Assembly (NCBI RefSeq): GCF_040938485.1
Contig: NW_027271496.1
Location: 682,001-746,000, forward strand
Direction of reading: 5' to 3'
DNA length: 64,000 bases
Origin: Diadema antillarum
Taxonomy: Eukaryota
Each line of letters starts with the position of its first letter. Position 1 is the first letter of the stretch. The position numbers and the translations under genes were made by a program. Of this stretch, positions 39,312 through 52,870 are shown piece by piece. The notes under the pieces are model-generated. The model saw nothing but the letters and a program-made list of their open reading frames with translations, did not search any database and was not told the origin of the DNA.

Positions 39312-40201
39312 TGCTCAGTCTATCTAAGCATGTGAGTCCCCTCTGACGTACCCTTGTGGCACTCTTCCTTCATATTTTGTTGTGTAAAAGTTGTCGCGCC
39401 TTCACAGGAGAAGAGAACAAAAAAGTACGTCTTTGCTAGCGTAAATTCCAGTATATTTATTATAGTATGAGGATCTGGACCCCATTTCATAAAAAAAAGT
39501 TGATATGATAGCAACTCTCGCTGGAATGGCATTTGTCATGGTAATGACAAGGATCCAGATTCCTGATTGACTGTTGCTATGGGAAGTTAACATTCCAGCA
39601 AAAGTTGCTATCCTAACATATTTTATGAAATGGGGCCCTGTTATTAACATGAAATTGTTTTGGCGGTATTTTAAAAGTGCTCGAGTGGAAATGATTCGAA
39701 TTCACCATTGAATTTCATTATGTTACGACACCACAGCTGTGCCTTTTTCTCTAACTGATTTTAACATAATATGTTTTTCAATTTGTTTCTATACACATGG
39801 ATTACACGACTCATTGTATATACTTTTGCTTACAGGAGAATCTTACTTTCCGCTTGTCTGAAACCCCAATCAATACTTTAACTCGCGTATGCATCCCTAT
39901 ATTATCATACCCTATAATCTATAGTGCAATAGCCAGTAAGATTACAGGGTTTGTATTTTAGAGTAGATTCGCAATATTATTTAATTATTTTGAATTTTTA
40001 TCGTATTATTTGCGTTTCTATGCCATGTCATGTCCTTTAATCACCTCTTTATCATTCCATGATTAAATATGGATTGCCATCAGCATCGTTCAGCATTACT
40101 TCTTATGCGAACACTTATATGTATACGAATTGAATTAATTGAATATATATTTATATATATATACTATATATTGTTTGTATATCATAATATATATGTATAT
40201 A

Positions 40202-40953
40202 CAGTAAACCTCGGATAAGTCGACGTCGAGTGAGTCGAAAATCACTTAACTCGAAGCAAAATAAAAAGTCCCGATTTTTCCCTATGTATTTTCTTTAAGA
40301 AATATTTGGATAAGCCGAAGTACGAGAGTCGAATTTCGGCTGTGTCGAAGTAAAACATTCAGTCCCTTTTGTACAAAATACACGTAGTTTACATCACTTG
40401 AGCCGAAAAAGATTTGTCTGGCATTCTCATTACATTTAGAGGAGAACAAAAAAAAATCGGCATGTCGCAGAACCCCGTCCCTGGCCTGCTGCAGGTAAGC
40501 ATGCACACTCACCGTACCGCTCTGCACGCATGTCGAATACATACACATGTACACATGTATACACACAGCACATCGATCCATATACTTTATCCATACACAA
40601 AGCACATCCATACTTTATCCATGTCAAGCCAGAACTCCTTGGTCAACCAATCGCTGCTTTAATATTTTAGTGACAGGCCAAGTGGGCGGAGCTTGTTTGT
40701 GCGTGCCTGGCTGGCTGAATAGTTTTGTTCAATGGAGGTGGGATGGGCCTGGGAGAGTGTTTGTCTCAAGGTAGGTTGACAGAGATGTTGCACCATAGAC
40801 ATAGCACATGCACATTGCCACATTACAGCGCAGACATTCTCGGAACTACGTTTAACTACTAGTATTGATACAAATTCCATGTTCAATTTAGAATAAAAAA
40901 GGAGCATTATCTTCAAGAACAGACAAATTTGAATGCAAACACACATACGCACG

Positions 40954-40991
<38 letters not shown>

Positions 40992-41126
40992 AGCCTGCAA
41001 ATGTACTATAATACATGTACATAACTGTGAGTCGAAAAAAAAATCGACTCTCGCGAGAGTCGAATTTCACTTAAGTCGACGCATTTTCGTCAGTCCCGAG
41101 AGCTTCGACTCATGCGAGGTTTACTG
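40202..41126. mobile_element. Tc1/pogo-type non-autonomous element (925 bp)
   Basis: TA|CAGTAAACCTCG.AT.AGTCGA at the left end and TCGACT.AT.CGAGGTTTACTG|TA at the right end; inserted in a TA-rich tract. Confidence 0.75.
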
Positions 41127-42814
41127 TATATATATATACATACATATATTATGTTATATATTTAAATATTGTGTGTGTATGCATATCATAGGTATTAACT
41201 CTTGATGCAGCTTTAGCGAGATAGTGTTGATAAGCCAATTGCAAATCAGCAGTAAAGCACGCAATTGAAAAGGATATGATATGGTCGAAAGCCTTAAGGA
41301 GACACAACCTGTCTCCCTTGATCTTAATTCATAGTTATAATGATGACGAATGACACTTATATAACGTTTTATACTGATGTTTCTAAACGCATTAATCCGG
41401 AAAAAAATATTGAGGTAAGCATTATGTACATAATTATGATATAACAACAGCAGCAGCAACAACAACAAAACTAGATACAGTTATAAACAGATAAATTTTT
41501 AACAATGATTTGAACTTATCAACACTTTCAGCATGGTGAGTATAGAGAGGGAGTTTATTCCAAAGAGATGAGGAAATAACAGAAAAAGTCCTAAAAAGAA
41601 CACAGTGTCCCACAGTGTGAGAAACACTGTGTGAAATCTGTTCACACTGTTAAATTCGAGCGTTTTCACTTATAGTCGACTATGTGAAAACACTGTGAAC
41701 ACACTGTGGGACACTTCTTTCCGGTAGGGATGTAAATAATCATATCGTATTGTGTGCATTATGTGTGCGTACTACACTAACAGCATTTTTTGTTTCGGTT
41801 TCCAACATCAGCAACATCATAAGATTTGGTAATGTATACATCAAAACGACATAATTATACTAGAAGTTGCCCCGCCCCTAATTCCTGCAAAAGGGACACT
41901 CCGCGCACTGTTCTCCTTTCTTACTCTTAGACAATTTAGTTATAGGACCTATACGCGTTTGTATATAATAAATGTTGTAGAATTAAGAATGCTGCAGTGA
42001 GTTCAGATCTAACATATCACAATCATACAAAAGCAACGGAAAACTACACAAACACAGAATTACATTTAGGTCACCGTTAGTGCTGTATAAAATTTATCTT
42101 TTCTTGACCTCAATGAAAGGATGATATCACGATAGAAACTGCAGCAAACGAGTAACATTGTAGATATTGTTTCTCTAGCTGTCTAGTGCAAGTGCACTTT
42201 AGTCATAATCCTGTGGTTATTTCCAGTACACTGTAAACAACTTCTTTCCAGTTATCGAAATTTCAAACTACTCATACTGCAACTGTTAATTTATGAGCAT
42301 AAAAACGAAAATTTGTTTCACAAGGCCACTTATCAGCGTAAAAACGAAAATTTGTTTCAAAAGGCGATTTATTTTCAAACAGTAAACTGTTGCTACAATT
42401 TTAAGAGATGTTATCTCTCCAACTATAGGCAATTACCACTACTGACCTTTCCCAACCTAAAGTCGTAAAGGACTTTTTTGTTTTAAATTCATCATTTACT
42501 TACTGAAGTTACTGTATATATAACGGGCACGTGTGATAATTTGATAGCTAAAGAATATGCTTTTATACTGGGCGGAAACTGTAAAACCAGGTATATGTTC
42601 ATTAATAATTCTGGCAGTACTTTTGTAGTTCACTCCCTCCGTGTTTTATAGCAAGTTCTATTAAAGGAAAAAAAAAACGAAAGAAAAGGCGCAAAAAGAC
42701 TGAGACTAACGTAGTAGCCTTGCTTATCTCAGTCCTTCTTGGATACCACTCACCTACAAAGAAGTTATTCACTCTTTCACGCCAGTCCTAGGAGTACAAG
42801 CACATTTTTCTAAC

Positions 42815-43327
42815 ATGAAGCGTGGCGTCTTAATTGTTGTCATGTTATGTGATCTCGCTGGTGAGTCAACTTTTTGTTAAGTTATATGTTTCTTCGATGA
42901 GTTTTGGTAGGAAGTTATTGCATCAAGCGAAATGCGATAATCTTTGTTGCAAATAATCATTGTTAAATAAAATTTTTATCCCAAGCACAGCCTGATGCTC
43001 TTGCTTTAATGATTCGAATGCATTAACGACTTTGTAATAATAATAATAAATCATATCATATCAACCAAACGGTTGATATGGATATTCAAAAAACTGAGCT
43101 ATCATATCAACCAAACGGTTGATATGGATATTCAAAAAACTGAGCTCATGCTTGTGTTGTGAGGTGATCATACATGATTTGGATTTGTATATTAATATTA
43201 GCTATTCAAGAACTAAAAAAAAAAAACGACGAAATTTAATTGTGCAATGGCATCCTTGATTCTTATCCCATTTTAGTCAAATGTTCACTCAGTTTCATGT
43301 TGCACTTATAGCATCCAATCTTTCTTG

Positions 43328-43366
<39 letters not shown>

Positions 43367-43588
43367 TAAAAAATAAAAAATACATAATCTGAAATTGCGC
43401 TTAGAGCCTCTCTAAAATTTGTGTAGCCTCGCAGCTGTGCAATGAGATAATAACGATCTGCGGTAAGGGGAAAATGACTGACGGAAGCACCGTACAGCTT
43501 GTGGCGAAGCTGTCAACTTCAAAGGCAGCTGCAGGGAACTCCATCTTGCCATCGCCCATGAAACCGTGGATTCTCTGTGAGAAGAAAG
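42815..43588 (+). pseudogene. Paralogue B of the secreted beta-propeller gene; only exons 1-2 recognisable
   Basis: Exon 1 (42815-42860, MKRGVLIVVMLCDLA) and exon 2 (43427-43588) match copy A in length and phase; exon 2 is 32/54 aa identical by hand count. About 450 bp upstream is also homologous. No intact downstream exons were found before the retrotransposon. Confidence 0.7.
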
Positions 43589-43762
43589 GTAAAATGCTAA
43601 CTTTTTGAGTGACGTGCCTCATTTTAACACTTCATCGATCTCTCTCTCTCAAAAAAAAAAAGAGAAGAGAAGAGAATTGGAAAGGTACAATAAGAGGTAA
43701 AGGAACAATATTCTGTAAGTGTTTTCAATGGCGTTAATGAAGGGGGGGGGGGGGGGGGGGGT

Positions 43763-44070
43763 CATCCCACGAGACCGACACCCACGAGTCATAAGTAACG
43801 GTCCACGAGACCGACATCAAAAATAGGTCCATGAGTCATACAGCCCATGAGTTATACAGCTCACGAGTCATTCAACCCATGAGTTTGACACTACGCACAA
43901 AAGGCTCACGAGACCGACACTAAGCAAAGGAAGCCCACGAGACCGACACTACACAATAAAGTTTCATGAGACCGACAGTACGCAAAAGAGGCTCACGAGA
44001 CTGACACTAGGCCAAGAAGGCTCACGGGACCGATACTAGGCAAAGAAGGCCCATGAGACCGACAGGATGA
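43763..44070. repeat. Tandem ~30 bp units (ggctcacgagaccgacact...)
   Basis: About ten variants of cacgagaccgacac; same family as 16903-18125. Confidence 0.7.
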
Positions 44071-44100
44071 ACAGCGCCATCTACATGTCAATTACCTGTA

Positions 44101-44336
44101 CAGGGTGTCCCATGAAGAGGAAGATTACGTACTGGCGGGTGCAATTTCGTCACGCTATCGAGAGAAAGATTGTAACTAATTGAACAGCAATATCTACATT
44201 ATTATCAACGACATCAAGTAACTATGTATTTCTACACGTGTGGCTTTTAGAAGGCAGTTATGTCACGTTACGGGCAGCGACATTGCTACCAATTCATCTC
44301 TTTAAAAAAGAAATTGTCTTCTTCATGGGGACCCCT
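44101..44336. mobile_element. Tc1/mariner-type MITE
   Basis: TA|CAGGGTGTCCCATGAAGAGGA at the left end and TCTTCTTCATGGGGACCCCT|TA at the right end. Confidence 0.6.
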
Positions 44337-45026
44337 TAAAAAATGTATGAAAAAATTATAGAGGAAGAGAACGATTATGGTTTGATTTTAATGCCATCGT
44401 GCTACTTTTAATAGGCTTTCCCAATTTCTAGATAGATCACGGTGGACAGGATGTAAGGGGGGTTTTTTTTTTTTTTTGCCCTTTTTTTTCTCGCTTCACT
44501 CGATAAGTATTTATTATTAGATATCCTATCCTCCTGCTTATACCCGCCTGCTTAGAGTTTTTTTTTTTGTAACCATAATGCATGACATTTCAAAGGATGA
44601 AAACGTTTTATATCGCAGCGATTCACTTCGGTTTGTGGCTTGTATTTGTAAAGTTATTATCCTCAAAAAAGGTACGTTTTACATGAAATAGAATGCCTCT
44701 TTTCATGGATGCATCTTCTTTTTCCGAATCCTTAGAGCTATCTTAATAGATGATTATACCATTTTCTGTGAATTTCTACTAAATCAGCACCTTTGCAGAT
44801 GACTACTCCCCTTCCACAGGACGTAAAGCAAGTGTGCACTGTGCATTGCAACCATTTTGTTAAATATTTTCTAATAAACTTCATTTCACACCTGGTTATT
44901 ATTCTAGTTGGTTGATCTAAATGTCCACTGTTACAAGTCATTTCTCCCCTGATTTTTCTATTGCTATTGTTACGCCCTACTCAAGAATCTGGGCTACTAC
45001 CGGCAAACAAAAGGGAGTTATGAACA

Positions 45027-45210
45027 CCTGGGGGGCATTTCATTAACGAGTTTGTCGGAGTTTTCACCGACAAATTTGCTATCAGCCAATCAGACGCAAG
45101 GATTTCATTAGCTTTTAACAGTTGTCAGTGTAAATCCTTGCGTCTGATTGGCTGATAGCAAATTTGTCGGTGAAAACCTCCGACGAACTCGTTGATGAAA
45201 CGCCCCCTGG
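45027..45210. mobile_element. Palindromic MITE
   Basis: About 75 bp near-perfect inverted arms (ccgacaaatttgctatcagccaatcagacgcaaggattt and its reverse complement). Confidence 0.75.
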
Positions 45211-46611
45211 ACAGAACATTCCTGTTTGAAACGCCCCCCAGGACAGAACATTCCTGTTTGTAGAAATCTGGCCTAGCAACAATACATTGCTGAAATCATA
45301 CAGTGTCTGGCTGCCAGTGAGGAGCAGCACTGTGCTGGGGAAGCTACAGGTGTTTACATAGAACAATGCTAGTTGACTTAATACATAGGGGCAATACAAC
45401 CACATGTGATACTGGCTTCATAGAAGCAACCTCAGTGGCTATGCAGCAGTTGCAAGGGCAGCAGTTAGACTGCAGGGTCTGCTGGAAAAGGCTTGAATCG
45501 ACGATATGAGGTTTGATACCGGCAGCTTTTAGTCACCAAACTGTAAGTTAATAGTTTTATTACGATATCCCCTTTTTCCAAATATCACAATTATCATTTG
45601 AAGCTGTATTCTACAAGGAAAAGTGGTTTGGTAAACCGACCACGTTTTATATTATGTGCACAGCTTTTTGTAGTCTCTGGTATAGAGCAAGCTAGTTGAA
45701 AGCAGGTTGAATTATATACCGTCTGTGATAATGTGTAACGCAGAGAAGTTATTCTCCCCCCCCCCCCCCTGTTTAATAAGACCGTTGCATGTGTAAGAGG
45801 ATAATAGATTATACATGGTGGTTACCGGCGTAATGATTACTTTCAAGCAGAGTGCTGAAGTGCTTTTGTGTTGATATTTGATATACGGAAGGGAGCATTA
45901 TCAAGCAAGATTAATGCTCAACCGAAGTCAAAATGGTTGTGTTCATACAATGTAGACTATAGACATGAGAAAATGTTTAACTCTTTTCTGTAGGCACTGA
46001 AATGATAGCTGCGGTGTTAAATCCTTGTGGATAGGTGTTTACTGATATGGAATGGTATAGTACAGACAGTAAGTAGTTTTTATGTTGTGGTAATTTCGTT
46101 ATTGTACTCTGTAGATGGCGTTAACTTGGGTCATTCGGGTGTACGTAGACACCTCGTGCACGCCGTGTAAAGATAACCCCAGCTCGTGACAATGTGTTCG
46201 GGCCACTTCGGACAAGGAAGGAACCCGCCGTGTACTACACGTCAAGTTGGAAATCGCCCCTTCGACGAGGTCTTGCACTCCGTCTTCGCACCGAACTGTT
46301 TCGCGTTCGACTTTGACGACCACGGAGGCAACTTCGGCATGACAATACCAGGTTTTGTTTATCCCGAAAGAAACACTTTGGACTGTTAATAATCAAACCC
46401 CAATTGTAGACTGTGCGCACAGATAGTATAAACTGACGAGATATTGTGAGTGTTGAGTTTAATCAAAGAAGCTTATGCAAAACCATATCAGTTACCGGAG
46501 TAAAGTTTAGGCAATATTCATGGCCATTTTGCGAAAGTTTTCTCTATACTATGAATAGTTAGAAGATGAAGCCGGCGTTTAAGCATTTCGTCGTTAGAGT
46601 GAGATTTGAGG

Positions 46612-46858
46612 TGTCATGATAAGCATTGAATGAGATGTGTGCATGGGCGTATATGACGTGTCTGTGTGTTGTTTTGTTTCTTGTACCACCACCTTATTTG
46701 TATCTGAATTGAAAGACCGGAAATAAAACTTATAATTTCCGGAATCATGGTGTTTTGTGTTACTTTGTCTGAGTACCGTATTTAAGTAGTCAACACTGGA
46801 CCAACAAGCAATCACACGCTTTCACCGGCTGTGACATTTGGGGGCTTACTGTCCGGGA
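46612..46858 (+). repeat. Candidate 5' LTR (46612-46836) and tRNA-Pro-like primer binding site (46837-46858)
   Basis: TGTCA...TGACA termini. TGGGGGCTTACTGTCCGGGA resembles the tRNA-Pro PBS TGGGGGCTCGTCCGGGA with a small indel. The true LTR start may lie further upstream. Confidence 0.6.
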
Positions 46859-47098
46859 ACTGTACTGCTTGAATGCATGGTTTCAGACATTGTACTCTCA
46901 ATAGTTAAATCTGTATGTAGTACGGTACAATTTGAAGAAGTGGTTGTTCTGCGACAATACAGACAAGACAAGTGGTTTCATTTGTTATGCCATATATTTG
47001 GATGTGGTAGGCAAAATATTGTGTGGTTTACATTGTGACATATTTGCCGTTTACATTATTTGTCAATTCCCTGGTTTTGGCTAAATATTGAGTTATCA

Positions 47099-48020
47099 TG
47101 GATTTCACTAAATAACTGATGAATTTAGGTAAGGAAGTAGGCCTAACAGGCCAGGCCTTGTTAGATTTTGTGGAATGAAAGGGAGAAAATAGCCAGGGAA
47201 GACAGGGCAAAGGCAAGGGAGGATAGACAGAAAGAAATTGAAACTCTTGAGAAACAGATAGCTCTAGAACAAGCTAAGAAGGAAAATGCGAACCCAACAG
47301 GAGAGAATGAACAACGCCATAGTTTGACAAGATCACCCAAATTACCTCATTTTGTAGAAGGTAAGGACTATTATTGACGCATACTTCGAACGTTTTGAGA
47401 GATATTCGTCAAATCAGAATTGGCCAAGGTCAGCTTGGGCAATTAACTTAGGAGCCCTGTTGCAGGGAAGGGCACTAGAAGTGTACAGTAGACTAGGTGT
47501 AGATGATGCCCATGATTATGGTGTCTTGAAAGAAGCTCTTTTGAAGAGATTTCAGATGTCAGCTAGCGATTTTCAGCGGAAATTTCGCACAGCTGAACCG
47601 CAGCCAGGTGAATCACCTAGGCAGTTCGCAGTTAGACTAGAACACTATTTTGATAGGTGGCTAGATCTAACGAGTACGAGTAGGTCTTATGATAGTCTGA
47701 AGGACTTAGTGATAAGACAGCAATTCTTGGACCAATGTGGTCCTGGTATTTCGGTGTTCCTCAAGGAACGGACCCCAAAGTCGGTCAAGGAAATAACGAA
47801 AATGGCCGAAGTGTATGTGACTGCACATGGAGGCCAATTTAAGGTCCCTCGTTAGAGTTACAAACAAAGTGCATCTGGCAGTAGGCCAGCGGATTCTCGC
47901 AAAGAGAAGTCGGGTTCACAGAAAACCCCGAGTAGCCCTTCTAATGTTAGTGGTAGAAGGCCCGTAGGACCTTGCTACATATGTGGTAAGAATGGGCATA
48001 TTGCTAAGGACTGTTGGAGT
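47099..48020 (+). pseudogene. gag: Gmr1 gag (SCAN-like capsid domain plus zinc knuckle), frameshifted
   Basis: MDFTK*LMNLGKEVGL...; SPKLPHFVEGKD; ORF 47460-47855 with QQFLDQC...FLKERTPKS; CCHC motif near 47973. Confidence 0.8.
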
Positions 48021-48299
48021 AGGACAAAGTCCCATGCAAGTGTAGGTCTTGTAGGTGAAGATTCAAGGCAAGCAAACCAGGAGGGTAGAAATAACGACAA
48101 ACATAGTGAGAAAGAAATCAACAAGGAGGCTGATTGTCCCACATGTTCTAGTCGTTGTTCCACCCCATCAAAGCAGCCCGAGGGTGGCATGTTTCTAGTA
48201 ACAGCATCAATGGAGTCAACGCAAACGCAGCCTCGCTTAGTGAATGTGGAGTCTGAGAAGCGGCCGCAAATGTGCGCAGCATGCAAGGAAAATTTGCGC

Positions 48300-50016
48300 T
48301 CGCGTCTACCGGTACAGGAGGGTAGCATCGTGGGTCCCACAAGGCAAGCGTGCTTCGCGACACCGGTTGCTCAGGTGTTGTTGTTCGGAAGTCTCTGGTG
48401 AAAGCTCATCAAATGACGGGTAAGTATGTAGGCAGTGTATTTTGATAGGTGGTACTATTCGTTGGTATTCCACTGCCTTAGTTCACATACACACCCCATT
48501 CTTTGATGGAGATGTAGAAGCCCTTTGCATGGAAGCCCCAGTGTTTGACATTATACTAGGCAATCTTCAAAAAGCACTACCGCCAGGGAGTAGTTGTAAT
48601 TTGGGGAGTTCTAAGCCAAAGGTAGACGTAGGTACTGAAACAGATGCTCCAGAGAGCAGAGATGATTCAGGAGGTCCTAAATCACAGGTAGATGTGACCA
48701 CAGAAACCGATGTACCTATCCCAGATGTTGCACCAGAAATTGGGATGGCAATGCAAACTCGTGCGCAGAGCAGAGTCCGTGAAAGACCCCCTAGGCCCCT
48801 AAAGGTACCTCTGCTAATACCAGAAGTTTCCCCAGATGACATTAGGAAGGCCCAAAAGGAGGACAAAACACTTGACAAAGTGAGAACGTACGCTAGAGGT
48901 AGTCCTGATAGTGATCATAGAAGTGACTCGCACTTCTTCATTGAGAATAATCTACTCTTTCGGAAGTTTGAACCAAAAAGTGTCGGTAGTGGTACACAAC
49001 TGAAACGTTGTCCCACGTCCATACCGTAAACTTGTCATGAAACTAGCTCACGAAGGACTGATGGGAGGACATCAGGGTAGTAAGAAAACTTGTGACAAAG
49101 TGTTGTCAAATTTCTATTGGCCTGGTGTAAGTGCTGACGTCACTAGATTTTGCCAATCGTGTGATATCTGTCAGAGGACCCTCCCCAGAGGTAGGTTACC
49201 CCGAGTCCCACTAGGTAAGATGCCTGTCATTGATGTACTGTTCAAGAGAGTAGCAGTAGACCTAGTAGGGCCTATACATCCTATCACAGCACGCAAGAAC
49301 AGATATGTCTTGACTGTCGGAGATTGCGTAACACGGTATCCCGAGGCGACAGCATTGCCTAATACCGAGACGACCACCGTAGCAGAGGCACTTGTCGATA
49401 TATTTGCGCGAGTGGGTGTGCCAAGTGAGATTTTATCCGACCAAGGCGCGCAATTCACTTCAAATCTCATCCGCGAAGTCAGAAGATTGCTTTCTCTGAC
49501 ACAGCTCACTACTACTCCATACCATCCGGCCTGCAATGGCCTGGTAGAACGCTTTAATGGAACGCTAAAGCAAATCCTGCGTCGAGTATGTGCCGATCGC
49601 CCCTCCGATTGGGGTCGCTATCTCGCGTCCGTCTTGTTCGCATACCGTGAAGCTCCACAATCGTCAATGGGATTTTCCCCCATTTGAGCTGATATATGGA
49701 CGTTGTGTAAGAGGTCCCCTCTCTATCTTGAAAGAACTTTGGTCAGGCCAGTCGCCAAATGATGAAGTACAGACAGAGTATCAGTACACAGTAGATCTTA
49801 GGGAACGCCTAGGGACAACTCTAGATGTAGCTCAGCAGGAACTCAGAAAGTCCATGGCTAGGAGCAAGAAGTACTACAATAGGAAGAGTAGAGACAGACA
49901 ATTTAGGCAAGGTGAAAAGGTACTCCTTCTCTTGCCTACAGACCATAACAAGATGCTCCTTCAGTGGAAAGGACCGTTCACCGTAGTTCACAAGCTAAGC
50001 GATCAGGACTATAGGC
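48300..50016 (+). pseudogene. pol: Gmr1 pol, 5' part: protease and integrase
   Basis: LRDTGCS; ORF 48442-49029; AHEGLMGGH...CQSCDIC; VAVDLVGP, ILSDQG and GLVERFN (ORF 49037-49687); continuation in ORF 49590-50027. Confidence 0.85.
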
Positions 50017-52870
50017 CAACGGCGTAGCCAGGATTTCATCTTAGGGGGGGAGGGTGTGGGAGGGGGGTGTCCCCCCTCCCACGGTAAGAACTTTGTGCAT
50101 TTTGATGTTGTAAATGGTGCAATTTGATGCATGTTTTTGCGCGTTTTATCGACGTGAAACAGTCCCACTTGTTTATGGTAGCAGTTTTATTTTGATGTAG
50201 ATTATTATTGAACAATTTGCCTATAAAATGGTATAATTTAGATACACTTCTTGTATTAATTCTTTTCACTGAATATCATGAACGCGACTAAACCCGAGCG
50301 AGCGGAGCGAGCGAGGGGGTAGGGGAGGGTGTGGGAGGGGGGTGTCCCCCCTCCCACGGTAAGAACTTTTTTGCATTTTGATGTTGCAAATGGTGCAATT
50401 TGATGCATGTTTTTGCGCGTTTTATCGACGTGAAACAGTCCCACTTGTTTAAGGCATATAGCAGTATATTTTAGTGTAGATTATTATTGAAGAATTTGCC
50501 TATAAAATGGTATAATTTAAATACACTTCTTGTATTAAGTCTTTTCATTGAATATCATGAAGGCAACTGAACCCTAGCGAGCGGAGCGAGCGAGGGGGGA
50601 GGGGAGGGTGTGGGAGGGGGGTGTCCCCCCTCCGACGGTAAGAACTTTTTGCATTTTGATGTTGTAAATGGTGCAATTTGATGCATGTTTTTGCGCGTTT
50701 TATCGACGTGAAACAGTCCCACTTGTTTAAGGTAGCAGTATATTTTAGTGTAGATTATTATGAAACAATTTGCCCATAAAATGGTGTAATTTAAACACAC
50801 TTCTTGTATTAATTCTTTTCACTGAATATCATGAACGCGACTGAACCCGGGCGAGCGGAGCGAGCGACGGGGAAGGGGAGGGTGTGGGAGGGGGGTGTCC
50901 CCCCTCCCACGGTAAGAACTTTTTGCATTTTGATGTTGTAAATGGTGCAAATTGATGCATGTTTTTTTGCGCGTTTTATCGACGTGAAACAGTCCCACAT
51001 GTTTATGGTAGCAGTTTATTTTAGTGTAGATTATTATTGAAGAATTTGCCTATAAAATGGTATAATTTAGATACACTTCTTGTATTAATTCGTTTCACTG
51101 AATATCATGAACGCGACTGAACCCGAGCGAGCAGAGCGAGCGGTGGGGTAGGGGAGGGTGTGGGAGGGGGGATGTCCCCCCTCCCACGGTAAGAACTTTT
51201 TGCATTTTGTTGTTGCAAATGGTGCAATTTGACGCATGTTTTTGCGCGTTTTATCGACGTGAAACAGTCCCACTTGTTTAAGGTATATAGCAGTATATTT
51301 TAGTGTAGATTATTATTGAAGAATTTGCCTATAAAATGGTGTAATTTAAACACACTTCTTGTATTAATTCTTTTCACTGAATATCATGAACGCGACTGAA
51401 CCCGGGCGAGCGGAGCGAGCGAGGGGGAGGGGAGGGTGTGGGAGGGGGGTGTCCCCCCTCCCACGACGGTAAGAACTTTTTGCATTTTGATATTGCAAAT
51501 GGTGCAATTTGATGCATGTTTTTGCTCGTTTTATCGACGTGAAACAGTCCCACTTGTTTGAAGTAGCAGTATATTTTAGTGTAGATTATTATGAAACAAT
51601 TTGCCTTTAAAATGGTGAAATCTAAATGCACTTCTTGTATTAATTCTTTTCACTGAATATCATGAACGCGACTGAACCCGAGCGAGTGGAGCGAGCGAGG
51701 GGGGAGGGGAGGGTGTGGGAGGGGGGTGTCCCCCCTCCCATGGTGAGAACTTTTTGCATTTTGACGTTGCAAATGGTGCAATTTGATGCATGTTTTTGCG
51801 TGTTTCAACGAGTTGAAACAGTCCCACTTGTTTAAGGTTGCAGTATATTTTAGTGTATATTATTATTGAACAATTTGCCTATAAAATGGTATAATTTAAA
51901 TACACTAGTCTTCTTGTATTAATTCTTACACTGAATATCATGAACGCTGTCTGTTCAGCAATCAAGCAGAAAAAGCATGCACACGAGGGTGTAGATAGGG
52001 GCATATCCCCTGCCACACGAAGGTGATTTTGCGTTTTCAGACCTGAAATTCAGCGATCTGGTGCAAAGTTTTGGTGCAATACTTTTTCATCGAAGTGTTA
52101 AAATCACGGAATTTAGCTCTTATTCCAAATGTGCACCATCTGTGTGTATGTATAAAGTCTAGTGAGGTAGAGCTTAGGGGAAGGGGGATTCCCCCTCCCG
52201 CTCGCGGAGCTTATTGCGTTTTTATAATTGAAATAAAGCGATCTGGGTATAGCCACAGTCTACTTCTATGCATGGCGGGGGGGGGGGGGAGCAGGGAGAA
52301 GGCGTTGGCGAGTGTTATCTCCACCCTTCCCTTCCGATGGAGCTTTTGCCTTTTTAAGGTTGAAATTGAGATATCTCGTATACGCATATTTGATGGAATC
52401 AACATTTGGGAAATCACACACACACAAAAAAAAAAAAAAATGGGGGGGGGGGGCTGAGGGAGGAAAGGGTCGATTAAAAGGGGAAATTCCCCTTATACAT
52501 GAAGGAACCTTGAGTTTTCGGAATATAAGTGATAAGTCTTGTGCACTCAGAATTATTCATAGTTTTTTGTAAATCTAAAAAGTGTACTTAGCTAGGGAAA
52601 GAGGCACAGAGGGGGAGGGTTTGGGAGGGGGATACCCCCTCCCAAGCACGAGAGATTTTGCATATTTTGAATTGAAATTCAACGATCTGGTGCACACTTT
52701 GAGTGAAATATTCCAAAAAAAAAATATCTTATTTGATGAAAGGTTGCAAAGGAGACCCGCTTCATGTGCATGCATACAGTATACACGCATTTTTTTTCCG
52801 CCTCCCAAATCCCCGGTCCAAATCTTAGGGGGGGCGACCGCCCCCATCGCCCCCCCTGGCTACGCCAGTG
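50017..52870. mobile_element. hAT-like non-autonomous element (2854 bp) inserted in Gmr1 pol
   Basis: 8 bp TSD CTATAGGC (50009-50016, 52871-52878). TIRs CAACGGCGTAGCCAGG / CCTGGCTACGCCAGTG. Removing it restores the pol peptide DQDYRLDVNG. Confidence 0.85.
50044..51946. repeat. Tandem array, 7 copies of a ~277 bp unit
   Basis: The marker acggtaagaac recurs at about 50080, 50357, 50635, 50909, 51187, 51466 and 51740. Each unit has a GGGAGGGGGG-TGT-CCCCCCTCCC hairpin. Confidence 0.95.

Noticed and set aside
45400-45545. tRNA/SINE-like B-box (ggtttgatacc)
   Set aside because: No convincing A-box spacing or cloverleaf.
50036-51631. Repeated minus-strand ORFs, and a CRISPR-like or repeat-protein interpretation
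   Set aside because: They derive from the non-coding 277 bp tandem unit; there are no unique spacers or cas genes, and the context is eukaryotic.
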